A stretch of DNA of 64,000 nt from Candidatus Hermodarchaeota archaeon (lineage in GTDB: Archaea; Asgardarchaeota; Lokiarchaeia; Sigyniarchaeales; SOKP01), in assembly GCA_048885925.1 (NCBI GenBank), contig JBHLLG010000001.1, positions 323,998 to 387,997 of the forward strand, given 5' to 3'. Under the pieces are notes generated by a model. That model did no database searches, was not told the origin of the DNA, and saw nothing but the letters and a program-made list of their open reading frames with translations. Positions 38,075-47,791 of this stretch are shown piece after piece; position 1 is the stretch's first letter, and each line of letters begins with the position of its first letter. The position numbers and the translations under genes were made by a program.

Positions 38075-38747
38075 TTCGGCGTGTTTCTTTTTGCTTAATT
38101 AATTGATAATCTCCATTTAAATTAGAATCACTTTCACTTATAAGTGGGAAGCTGATCCCATTTCATTTTATAATATATTGTTTGATCTTCTTTATAAATT
38201 TTAGGGCAAAATCTTAAACATTATTGTAATATTAAAACATTTTACAACAATTATTTTCAAGATTTTGATTCATTAACTGAACAATTAACTAAATTTGAAG
38301 AAGTTTTTTCATATAACATAGGAATATATCTAAATCTTAGCGAATTTCACTAAACATATTTTAAAAATATCATTATAGAAAAATTTCTCATCTAATAGTC
38401 GTTTAAATCTCACTTTCATTATCCGCCTCGATTTTTTCAAGATAAGATATGGTAAATAATACCCAAATTCTTCCCTCACCACATCAATAATAGAATCTAT
38501 TGGAATTTTAACTTCATGGGTTTCATTTAAGCCCCCCTCATTAATCTTTTGGAGACATAATTCCCTTAAACATATTATAAGCTGCTCAGTACAGGAAAAA
38601 TTTTAATTTAAGGAGAGCTATTAAAAATAATCTGAATTTTTTCTAAATCAATATCCCGATCATTTAAAAGTCTTCTTCCCTTAATCTTTATTAATTTTTA
38701 TGCTAATTTAAGAAATATAATTAGAATAATTAAACTGATTACTTATT

Positions 38748-40061
38748 ATGTCAAGGAAGAATTTTAAACTTTTTTTAATTATTCTGATTATTTCTTGCCT
38801 TAACCTTACTTTAAATAATAATATAGAAGGTAGAGAGGAAACCAAATATGAATCTTTACTAAATAATACTACGACACCCATATCTAATAACAGTAAAAAA
38901 ATAATTCTCATGATTGGAGATGGAATGGGTTTTGAACACCTAAAATTAGCTAGTTGGGTTGAGCTTGGGAAAAATGATAATTTATCAATAGAAGAATTAC
39001 CCTTTAAAAAGGATGTAATAACAAGCAACATCGATAATGGAATAACAGACTCCGCGGCAGCTGCGACTGCAATAGCCACTGGATATAAGACAAAAAATGG
39101 TTTCCTTTCAATGCTTCCAAGTTATAAATCTGTTAAAACTATTTTAGAAATATCAAGAGAGATGGGAAAATCAACAGGTGTAATTTCTAAAACTGAGATT
39201 ACACAAGCCACTCCTGCTGCTTTTATAACACATGTTTCTTCTCGAAATGATATATCTACAATAGCACATCAAATAGTGGAAGAATGTAATGTTGAAGTGC
39301 TTATAGGAGGTGGAAGCAATGACTTTTCAATGTCTCAGATTGAACAAATGGAATCTAATGGATATAATATTGTAAGAAATATAACAGAACTTCAAAATAT
39401 CGATACTGGTAAGTTATTTGGGTTATTTGCTAGTTCTAGTTTACCATATGAAATTGATCGAGATCTAAATGTTACACCATCCTTAGCCGAAATGACAGAA
39501 AAGGCAATTGAAATATTATCTGAGAACCCTGAAGGTTTTTTTTTAATAATAGAAGGAGGAAAGATTGATCATGCCGCACATAGTAACAATAAAGTTAATG
39601 TAGCTTTGGAGACAATCGACTTTTACTATGCGATTAAAGTAGCTTTATCTTTTATAAATAGCAATGAAAATTCCCTCCTTATTATAACAGCAGATCATGA
39701 AACTGGTGGACTAGATGTTTTAAATGACACATTGAATGATGAATTACCTTCAATTAATAAAACATCAAAAGAAAATGAAAATCTACGAATTGCCAGGGCT
39801 AATAACATTTCGATAAGTTGGTCAACGACAGGACATACGAATAGAACTGTTCCGTTTTACGCATCTAGTTTAGCTTCAAATAAGTTTGAAAACCTAACTA
39901 CAATTGATAACACTGATATTTTTGAAATTATGCTCAATTATATAGATTTGAATGAAAAAAAATCCTCTAATTTTGGATTAATCATCGGAATTAGTATTGG
40001 AGCTGTGATTATATCTTCAGTGGTCTTATTTATTATAATTAAAAAAAGAAAGAGAATATAA
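38748..40061 (+). CDS. phoA: Alkaline phosphatase, membrane-anchored
   Basis: MIGDGMG, TDSAAAATA, ATPAAF, EGGKIDHAAH, TADHETGG; signal peptide and C-terminal TM. Confidence 0.92.
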   Translation: MSRKNFKLFLIILIISCLNLTLNNNIEGREETKYESLLNNTTTPISNNSKKIILMIGDGMGFEHLKLASWVELGKNDNLSIEELPFKKDVITSNIDNGITDSAAAATAIATGYKTKNGFLSMLPSYKSVKTILEISREMGKSTGVISKTEITQATPAAFITHVSSRNDISTIAHQIVEECNVEVLIGGGSNDFSMSQIEQMESNGYNIVRNITELQNIDTGKLFGLFASSSLPYEIDRDLNVTPSLAEMTEKAIEILSENPEGFFLIIEGGKIDHAAHSNNKVNVALETIDFYYAIKVALSFINSNENSLLIITADHETGGLDVLNDTLNDELPSINKTSKENENLRIARANNISISWSTTGHTNRTVPFYASSLASNKFENLTTIDNTDIFEIMLNYIDLNEKKSSNFGLIIGISIGAVIISSVVLFIIIKKRKRI

Positions 40062-40092
40062 GAATAAAAAAATTTTCTTAAGCTTTTCTTCT

Positions 40093-40209
40093 CTATTTCT
40101 CAATTAAATCTACAAAAGAACTAGCTTACTTAATGGCATTTGATACAAAATGAGTATTTATACACTCTAAATTAGGAGATTTATGAATTTCCTTTATCAT
40201 CTTACTTAT
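40093..40209 (-). pseudogene. Diverged duplicate of the 3' end of the Lrp/AsnC gene
   Basis: ISKMIKEIHKSPNLECINTHFVSNAIK*ASSFVDLIEK* versus LSKMIKDIHKSPYVERTNTHFVLNIIKEASSFVDLIEK* in 41224..41703. Confidence 0.9.
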
Positions 40210-40308
40210 AATTTTATTATATTCTATTTTATCAAATATTAGGTTTAATGAATTCTTTAATTTCATAAATTTTAAATACCAAATTAATTAAGATATAAAC
40301 AGATTAAG

Positions 40309-41160
40309 ATGAATTCGGAAAAGTATTATGAAATAATTCAGCAAAAGGATTACTTAATTATAATTAGAGAAAAGTTTGATGAGATTGAACCTCGTTTTTT
40401 CACAACTTATACAAATTTATACTTGATTATAGGAAAAAATGAGTGCTTATTAATTGATACAGGCTGTGGTCTTTTTCCACTTAAACCTGTTATAGATAAA
40501 TTTCTTAACGAAAAGAAATTAAATGTAGTGAATACTCACTCTCATTGGGATCATATTGGAGCAAATGGGGAATTTGAAAATGTTTTTATACATAAGAAAG
40601 AAAAGAGATTAATTTCAAAACCTCTTGATTTGTCCTTCCTTAAAAATGCTCCAAATACAATTGTAAATCGCTACAGTAATATTAATTTGATCTTACTCCC
40701 TGCAAAAAGAATTACTCCTTTAAATGGTGGAGAAATCTTTGATTTAGGTGGTATCGATGTTGAAATTATTCATAATGCAGGGCATTCTCCAGGGTCTATT
40801 TCTCTATATACAGATAAAGGTGAATTATTCCCAGGTGATCTTGTTCGTTATGGTATGATTCTCCTTCCCTCAAAAGAAAATTTTACACCAGTTATAAATA
40901 GCCTTAAATTATTGATCAATCTATGTAATAAAGAAAAAATTACTGAGCTTTATCCTTCTCACGATGAATATAATATCTCAAAAAATAGTTTAACTGATTT
41001 GTTTCATCATCTTGAGAATATTGATGATATATGGGAAAATCGGAAGCCTGATGAATTCAATAATGCATGGATCATTAAGATAAATGAATTTTTACTCATG
41101 ATAAATGTTGGAATAAAAGAACGAGAAGATTTTAAAAAAAGATTAAATCTCATTAAATAG
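40309..41160 (+). CDS. Metallo-beta-lactamase-fold hydrolase
   Basis: LIDTGCG, THSHWDHIG, GHSPGS, PGD, PSH. Confidence 0.9.
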   Translation: MNSEKYYEIIQQKDYLIIIREKFDEIEPRFFTTYTNLYLIIGKNECLLIDTGCGLFPLKPVIDKFLNEKKLNVVNTHSHWDHIGANGEFENVFIHKKEKRLISKPLDLSFLKNAPNTIVNRYSNINLILLPAKRITPLNGGEIFDLGGIDVEIIHNAGHSPGSISLYTDKGELFPGDLVRYGMILLPSKENFTPVINSLKLLINLCNKEKITELYPSHDEYNISKNSLTDLFHHLENIDDIWENRKPDEFNNAWIIKINEFLLMINVGIKEREDFKKRLNLIK

Positions 41161-41223
41161 AAATTAAAATAGAAGAAATGTATTAATCTTAAAAAAGAGA
41201 ATTTACACTTATAACTCTTTTCT

Positions 41224-41703
41224 CTATTTCTCAATTAAATCCACAAAAGAACTAGCTTCTTTAATGATATTTAATACGAAATGAGTATTCGTGCGTTCAA
41301 CATATGGAGATTTATGAATATCCTTTATCATTTTGCTTAATTCTTCTCGTGTTTTAAACCTTGCTAATATGAGCGCATCAAAAGTTCCTGTGATATCATA
41401 TACTCCAAAAACATTAGGATTTTCAGCAATCTTTCCTTCTATCTCAAACATTTTTCCTTTAGATATAGTTACTTCGATAATAGCTATGATTTCATAACCC
41501 AATTTTTCATAATTAATCTTGGCACCATAATTTACTATAATTCCTTTATTCTCTAAATTCTCAACGTGATTTTTAATCGTTACAGGTGATTTATTGCCCA
41601 AATCTTTTGCAAGTTGTCGAAGGGAGATTCTTCCATCTTCGCTCAATTTCTTTAGGATCTCAATGTCTAATTCAGAAAGATCATTAATTATAACTTCAGT
41701 CAT
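41224..41703 (-). CDS. Lrp/AsnC transcriptional regulator
   Basis: LDIEILKKLSEDGR..LA..LG HTH; YDITGTFD; divergent from glnA. Confidence 0.92.
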   Translation of the reverse strand: MTEVIINDLSELDIEILKKLSEDGRISLRQLAKDLGNKSPVTIKNHVENLENKGIIVNYGAKINYEKLGYEIIAIIEVTISKGKMFEIEGKIAENPNVFGVYDITGTFDALILARFKTREELSKMIKDIHKSPYVERTNTHFVLNIIKEASSFVDLIEK

Positions 41704-41963
41704 ATTATTAGATAATTATAAAATTATTTTAAAATTATGCAATTGTCCATTCAAAAGTTTTAAAATTGATTAATTGACCATTTTTTACTACGACAAAAAA
41801 TATTAAATAAATCATTCGGTCACTTTTTATAAATAAACATATATCATATATAAATCTTTTCTCCACTAATGTTAAACACTTGCGCTAGTAAAAGTTAAGA
41901 TTTTTATATATATGATCATAATAATATTTATAGAATAAAATAGGTATAAAATTAAGATGGAAA

Positions 41964-43316
41964 ATGATTGAAAAAAATAATCCTAAAAGAAAGGAGTTAT
42001 GTGAAACTGTAATAGAGAAGATTAAAGAAGAGGATATTAAATTTATATATCTTCAATTCACTGACATCCATGGACTCATTAAATCATTTGAAATAAATTC
42101 GGAACGGATTGAGGATATTTTTGAAATAGGTGAAAGTTTTGATGGTAGTTCGATAACAGGCTATGGAGCAATTGAAGAGAGTGATAAGGTAGCTGTTCCT
42201 GATCCAAGTACATTCTGTCTTTTACCATGGAGAAAAGAAAATAAGGTTGCAAGGGTGATTTGTGATATTTATAAACCTGATGGCCAACGTTATGAAGGAG
42301 ACCCTCGAGGAATATTACAACGAGCAGTTAATAAAGCAAAAGAATTAGGATATGATTATTTCTGTGCTCCGGAAATGGAATTCTTCATATTAACTCCTGA
42401 TACTCAACAAGCATTTAAACCTTCAGATATGAGAGGTTATTTTGATTATGATCCATATGATATTAATGAGTTAATACGATATAGGATAGCGGAATATTGT
42501 GAAGCAATGGGAATTTCTGTAGAGTGTGTTCATCATGAAGTAGCATATGGACAGCATGAGGTAGATTTTAGATATGGCGAAGCTGTTAATACAGCAGATA
42601 ATACAATTACAATTAAAACTATTGTTAAAACAGTTTCAGCACAACATAACCTAATAGGGACTTTTATGCCAAAACCATTTGAAGGAATTAATGGTTCCGG
42701 AATGCATGTACACCAATCTCTATGGAAGAATGGCAATAATGTTTTTTACGACGAAAACGACAGAGATAATATTTCTACTTTAATGAAAAAATGGATTGCA
42801 GGGCAATTAAAACATGCAATCCCAATGTGTGCTGTATTAAGTAGCTGGCCTAATTCATATAAAAGACTAGTTCCGGGATATGAAGCGCCCGTATATCTAG
42901 CATGGGGTTTTCGAAATAGATCGCCATTACTTAGAGTTCCAGATTTTCACGGTAAATCTAGTGCAGCTAGAGTAGAGATTCGTTGTCCTGATCCTTCAGG
43001 AAATCCATATCTCCAATTTGCAGTACTTCTAAGCTCAGGATTAGATGGTATTCTTTCAGAAGATATTAAAATTCCTGAAGCAACTGATAGAAATGTGTAT
43101 CATTTATCTTCTAAAGAGATGGAAAAAGAGGGAATTATTTCCTTACCAGGAAGTTTGCAAGAGGCCTTAAAGCATTTTAGAGATTCAGATTTTATGAGAG
43201 AAATTTTTGGGGAATTAGCGTTTAAAAATTATTATTACGCTAAATTGGAAGAATTTGATAAATATCGTGTTGTTGTTAGCGAATGGGAGAGAAATAGATA
43301 TATAACCCGCTTGTAA
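41964..43316 (+). CDS. glnA: Glutamine synthetase type I
   Basis: FDGSSI, HHEVAYGQHE, TFMPKP..NGSGMH, YKRLVPGYEAP, NRS, EIRCPD. Confidence 0.96.
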   Translation: MIEKNNPKRKELCETVIEKIKEEDIKFIYLQFTDIHGLIKSFEINSERIEDIFEIGESFDGSSITGYGAIEESDKVAVPDPSTFCLLPWRKENKVARVICDIYKPDGQRYEGDPRGILQRAVNKAKELGYDYFCAPEMEFFILTPDTQQAFKPSDMRGYFDYDPYDINELIRYRIAEYCEAMGISVECVHHEVAYGQHEVDFRYGEAVNTADNTITIKTIVKTVSAQHNLIGTFMPKPFEGINGSGMHVHQSLWKNGNNVFYDENDRDNISTLMKKWIAGQLKHAIPMCAVLSSWPNSYKRLVPGYEAPVYLAWGFRNRSPLLRVPDFHGKSSAARVEIRCPDPSGNPYLQFAVLLSSGLDGILSEDIKIPEATDRNVYHLSSKEMEKEGIISLPGSLQEALKHFRDSDFMREIFGELAFKNYYYAKLEEFDKYRVVVSEWERNRYITRL

Positions 43317-43339
43317 TTTGCTTCAATTTTACAACTATA

Positions 43340-43594
43340 CTATTGAAATAACGACGGGTATAATTTTTCAATATTTTCGATTGCTGCCATGAATAGATTG
43401 TGTAGAATAATGTTATCATAGACGTACGTGTTCTCTAAAATGTAATCTATAATTCTATTTGCTAATTTCATATCATTCTGATCATACATTTCCATTTTAG
43501 ACTTAAATAAGATACTAAATTCTTCTATTAACCATTCCAATTCATCTTTTAGACTTTTTTCTAAGAGCTCCTGATAATCATTACTAACATTCAT
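43340..43594 (-). CDS. Small helical hypothetical protein
   Basis: GGAGGT SD upstream of ATG. Confidence 0.7.
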   Translation of the reverse strand: MNVSNDYQELLEKSLKDELEWLIEEFSILFKSKMEMYDQNDMKLANRIIDYILENTYVYDNIILHNLFMAAIENIEKLYPSLFQ

Positions 43595-43926
43595 TTTAAT
43601 ACCTCCATCCTTACAATTAAAATATAATTCTAGTTTTTCTCTATGTTAAATGAATTGGAATTGTTATTAATAATTTTTATAGACCAATTTTTGCATAAAT
43701 CTGGATTTAACATACTAATCTTTTTGGAATTTACCATATCTGCTTTTATTATCTCTTTAAAAAGATAAAAAGACCACGAGATTTAGATTCAAGTTATATA
43801 AAAATGTCTAATGAGGTCTTAATCTTTTTAAAAAAAATATTGAAAATTTTTTAATCAATTGTTTACTATTTTTTGTAATATTAATTTCTTAAGAAATTAC
43901 TTAAATTGCGGAGAAGTGGATATTAA

Positions 43927-44454
43927 ATGGCTGGTAAATGGATAGGATTTTTTCCTATTATATGCGTTGTATTATTGATTGTTTCTTTGTTTTTACCTGT
44001 AATGGGTTTAAGTATATTTAGTTCTGGAGTGATAGATCCTGCCATAACGGGGGATCTTATGCCTCTCGGAGGAGGAATCTTGGATGAGCTTGATCCCTAT
44101 ATTTCTTTGGTTCCTGAAGCTGGGGATTTTCAAACAGCCTTTTTCTGGGTTGGAATTATTTTTGCTGTTTTTTTTGGGCTTGACGCGTTATTATTACTTA
44201 TTAATGGTATTAGAGTAATAACCGGAAATAAAGAACTTGAAAAGGCAAGAAAAAGATGGTTTTCCGGAGGATTATCAAGAATTATAAGTCAAAGTATAGT
44301 AATAATATTAATCTTGTTTTTGATTCCTGATATCATAGCTGATAATTACCCTGGAGTTGAATTAACTTTCACTATTGGCCTAGGAATGATAATGGTAATG
44401 GTTGTAGGCGGAGTTTTGATTTTTGCTTGGATTTTAGCTAAAATCGCTGAATGA
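43927..44454 (+). CDS. Four-TM membrane protein
   Basis: Four hydrophobic segments. Confidence 0.75.
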   Translation: MAGKWIGFFPIICVVLLIVSLFLPVMGLSIFSSGVIDPAITGDLMPLGGGILDELDPYISLVPEAGDFQTAFFWVGIIFAVFFGLDALLLLINGIRVITGNKELEKARKRWFSGGLSRIISQSIVIILILFLIPDIIADNYPGVELTFTIGLGMIMVMVVGGVLIFAWILAKIAE

Positions 44455-44523
44455 TTAATAAAGATAAACGGCAAATCATTTATTTTTTTTTTATTTAGAA
44501 AAACTCTAGTTATTAAATAGTAG

Positions 44524-44680
44524 TTATATTCTATTAGTGTATTTATCAAACCAAGGTTTAAAGAACCCATAAAAATTGAATTTTTCAATATCGAAATTCT
44601 AACCACAATCATTAAATTTCGAAGAGAAGCTAATAAGGATTGAAGAAACACTTCATCCATTTCATTGAACTCTTTAATGT
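44524..44680 (-). pseudogene. Diverged, frameshifted duplicate of the 3' end of gene 45517..45966
   Basis: EFNEMDEVFLQSLLASLRNLMIV/(1-nt deletion)/DIEKFNFYGFFKPWFDKYTNRI* versus EFNEMDEVFFQALLASLRNLMIVGKNLDIEKFKFHEIFNLWFDKYTNRS*. Confidence 0.9.
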
Positions 44681-44896
44681 TGATGTGTTTTATTTCGTCT
44701 TTGTATTTTTCTACTTTAAGAGATTCTAAATCTTTATTGATTAAAATTGATGGCTTAGTACGGATGCTCTCTTTGGTTTTTTGAATGAAGTAATATTTTA
44801 TCCCTATGAATGCAAAACCTATAATGATAAAAATGGTACCCGTAAAATTCTTAGAATTCTAAATTTAATAGTAATATAATTAAAAGAGGGGAGGTT

Positions 44897-45352
44897 ATGA
44901 TAGACCTAAAATTGAAGTGTCACTCATGTGGTTATGAGCGTATTATCGGTGAGAGGGAATTTATAGAGGATTTACAGCAATGCCCTAACTGTGATTCAGA
45001 TAATATAGAGATTTTGGAGTTTACAACTGAGGATTTAACCGATCGGTATTTAATCAATCGTTATTTACCGTCCGAAAGAGAGCGGATTGTAATGGCAAGT
45101 GAAGAGACTAAGATGCGATACTGTAAGAGATGCGATGCAGAAGTAAAACCGATACGCGATCTCAAGACGTTTGAGAAGCGTGCTGCGAATGTTCTTGGGG
45201 CGATTTTAGGAGGTTTGCCTGTGTTTTCGTATCCGTATAGATGTCCAAATTGTGGAAAAGTTATACGTACTAGGGGACAAATAATTTCGGGGATAATGTG
45301 CCTAGCAATTCTACTTACCATTATCATTATAATCTTATTCGCAATAAGGTAA
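44897..45352 (+). CDS. Double zinc-ribbon protein with C-terminal TM
   Basis: CHSC..CPNC and CKRC..CPNC; GGAGG SD; visibly GC-richer than flanks. Confidence 0.8.
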   Translation: MIDLKLKCHSCGYERIIGEREFIEDLQQCPNCDSDNIEILEFTTEDLTDRYLINRYLPSERERIVMASEETKMRYCKRCDAEVKPIRDLKTFEKRAANVLGAILGGLPVFSYPYRCPNCGKVIRTRGQIISGIMCLAILLTIIIIILFAIR

Positions 45353-45516
45353 AATTTAGACAGTTTGTGATGAGAAGGGAAGGAATATGTTCTTGAGTAG
45401 AGAGTTTAATCTTTCAAAACATAAAAGAAAGGCAGAAACAAGGTATCTTAATAAATATGAACGAAGATTATTTGAATTAAATTTTAAAAATTAACGATTG
45501 AATCATTATCTCACAA

Positions 45517-45966
45517 TTATGACCTATTGGTGTATTTGTCAAACCAAAGGTTAAAGATCTCATGGAACTTGAATTTTTCAATATCGAGATTTTTGCCTAC
45601 AATCATTAAATTTCGAAGGGAAGCTAATAAAGCTTGAAAAAAAACTTCATCCATTTCATTGAATTCAGTAACATTTTTATCATTGTTTATAAGCCCAAAT
45701 TTATAATCATTTAAATTAATCCTCTCTGATTTAAAGTGATCATATGTTTTTACACTATAATTCAATTCATTTAAAACCATTGTCTTAAAATCATTAAGAT
45801 TGTCATTTTTAAAAGTCCCGGTAATAAAAAGACTGAAAAACCCCATTAGATATCCTTGATCGTCATTTATCGGCTTTATTTGTTCGTCAGCTTTCTCAAC
45901 AAAAATATATTCTATTGTAATATCAGGTTCTACATAATTTTCAAATATTTTTTCTTTATTAGGCAT
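45517..45966 (-). CDS. Hypothetical protein, coupled to the ABC operon
   Basis: Overlaps the stop of the upstream ABC gene. Confidence 0.75.
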   Translation of the reverse strand: MPNKEKIFENYVEPDITIEYIFVEKADEQIKPINDDQGYLMGFFSLFITGTFKNDNLNDFKTMVLNELNYSVKTYDHFKSERINLNDYKFGLINNDKNVTEFNEMDEVFFQALLASLRNLMIVGKNLDIEKFKFHEIFNLWFDKYTNRS

Positions 45967-47791
45967 ATTTTTTTTCCTTTAATTGTTCTATATATTCCAA
46001 TGATTGGTGGCGAAAATAGGTATCATAAAGTTCAGCATACATTCCACCTTTAGCCATTAACTCATCATGATTACCCTCCTCTACAATCTTCCCATGATCG
46101 ATTACAATTATCCTATCGACATGACGCACAGTCCAAAGACGATGAGCAATGATAATTGATGTACGTCCTTCTATTGTTTTTTGTAAAGCATCTTGTATTC
46201 GAGTTTCGGTGAAAGGGTCTACTGAAGCAGTAGCTTCATCTAAGATAAGAATGGAAGGATCTTCCAACAGAACGCGGGCAAAAACGACTAGCTGTCTTTG
46301 GCCCATTGAAAGACGGCTACCTCTCTCACCAGTATCAGTTTCTAATCCCTTTGATAAATCTTCAATCCAATCAGAACCACTGGTTACATTTAATGAATTG
46401 TAAACATCTTCTTTATTGGCATCTACACAACAGTATTTTATATTATTTTCGATTGAATCGGCGAAGAGAAATGGTGTTTGAGGAATAATTCCAATTTGTC
46501 TACGATAATCTTTAAGATCGTAATTTCTGATGCTTATACCATCTATTAAAATATCTCCTCCCTGAAATTCATAGAATCTCGCTAAAAGTTTAGCTAAGCT
46601 TGATTTTCCAGCACCAGTATGTCCAACAATTGCTATTGATTCTCCCGATTTAATTGATAAACTAAAATTATCAAAAACATTTTTTTGTTTTTCATAATGG
46701 AATGTTAAGTTCCTGACTTCTATATTGCCCTTCAATCTAGATGGTTTAATATTATCATTTTGAATCACCAAGGGGGTAGTATCAATGAGCGCAAAAATAC
46801 GTTCAGAAGCTGCCATTCCGGCTTGAAAAGTGGGCCAAAAGGCAGCAATCGATAATAAAGGAAAGAACAAATAATTTACGCCTTGAAGGAATAGATTAAG
46901 GTCTCCTGCGCTTATTGTTCCTCCTAAAACATTGCTGCCCCCGATAAGTACTAATAAAGTTATAGTAATTCCTTGTATGATACCTAGGGATGGGAAGATG
47001 GCATTCAATAAAAATGCTCTTCTTAGGTTAACTTTATAAGATGTATTGTTTACTGTATTGAATTTTTCATATAATTTTTCTTCTTGACGAAAAGTTTTTG
47101 CTATTTGAATGCCAGAAAAACTCTCCTTGACAAAATCATTAACAGATGCTAAAGCTCTTTGCCCTAATAACGTTCTTCTTCGAGCTATTTTTCGAAATGA
47201 TAATGCTAATATAAAAAATGCTGGAACTGCAATTATTATTGCTAGAGTTAATAGAATATTTATAAAGAACATAATAATAATTAAAAAAAAGACAATTAGA
47301 ACTGATGAGATTAATTGAATAGATAAATCTACAGTTGTTCCAAAAGTTTCACTATCTGAATTTACTCGGCTAACTATTTTACCTGTTGGATTTCTGTCAA
47401 AAAAGGAAAGATCATGATTTAAAACTGCATCTACAGCATCTTTTCTCAGATCTAAAACAACACCACCAATAATTCGAAAAGCATATCGTTGCTGTAAGTA
47501 ATTAAAAAGGTAACTTAATAAATTAAAAATAAGAATAATAATGATTACAAAGAATATATAGAAAGCATTTCGGCTTGTTTCTAAATTATTAATAATTATA
47601 CTAGTTAAAACGGGCACAAAGGCTGATGTAATAGATGAGATAAATATTGTCAAAATAACTATTATCATAGAACGTTTATAAGGACCAAAATAAGAGAATA
47701 TCCGTTTTAATAAAATTCTGTCAGAGAAGGTTCTATCATACTCCTCAGCATCTAATGCCCACCCGTATGCCATTTTCTTAAGTCTCCTCAC
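45959..47791 (-). CDS. ABC exporter half (TMD+NBD), heterodimer subunit B
   Basis: GHTGAGKS, LSMGQRQL, LILDEAT, IAHRL. Confidence 0.93.
   Translation of the reverse strand: MRRLKKMAYGWALDAEEYDRTFSDRILLKRIFSYFGPYKRSMIIVILTIFISSITSAFVPVLTSIIINNLETSRNAFYIFFVIIIILIFNLLSYLFNYLQQRYAFRIIGGVVLDLRKDAVDAVLNHDLSFFDRNPTGKIVSRVNSDSETFGTTVDLSIQLISSVLIVFFLIIIMFFINILLTLAIIIAVPAFFILALSFRKIARRRTLLGQRALASVNDFVKESFSGIQIAKTFRQEEKLYEKFNTVNNTSYKVNLRRAFLLNAIFPSLGIIQGITITLLVLIGGSNVLGGTISAGDLNLFLQGVNYLFFPLLSIAAFWPTFQAGMAASERIFALIDTTPLVIQNDNIKPSRLKGNIEVRNLTFHYEKQKNVFDNFSLSIKSGESIAIVGHTGAGKSSLAKLLARFYEFQGGDILIDGISIRNYDLKDYRRQIGIIPQTPFLFADSIENNIKYCCVDANKEDVYNSLNVTSGSDWIEDLSKGLETDTGERGSRLSMGQRQLVVFARVLLEDPSILILDEATASVDPFTETRIQDALQKTIEGRTSIIIAHRLWTVRHVDRIIVIDHGKIVEEGNHDELMAKGGMYAELYDTYFRHQSLEYIEQLKEKKYA

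Noticed and set aside
44346-44660. 104-aa minus-strand ORF in the track
   Set aside because: Frameshifted remnant of 45517..45966 reading on into antisense sequence
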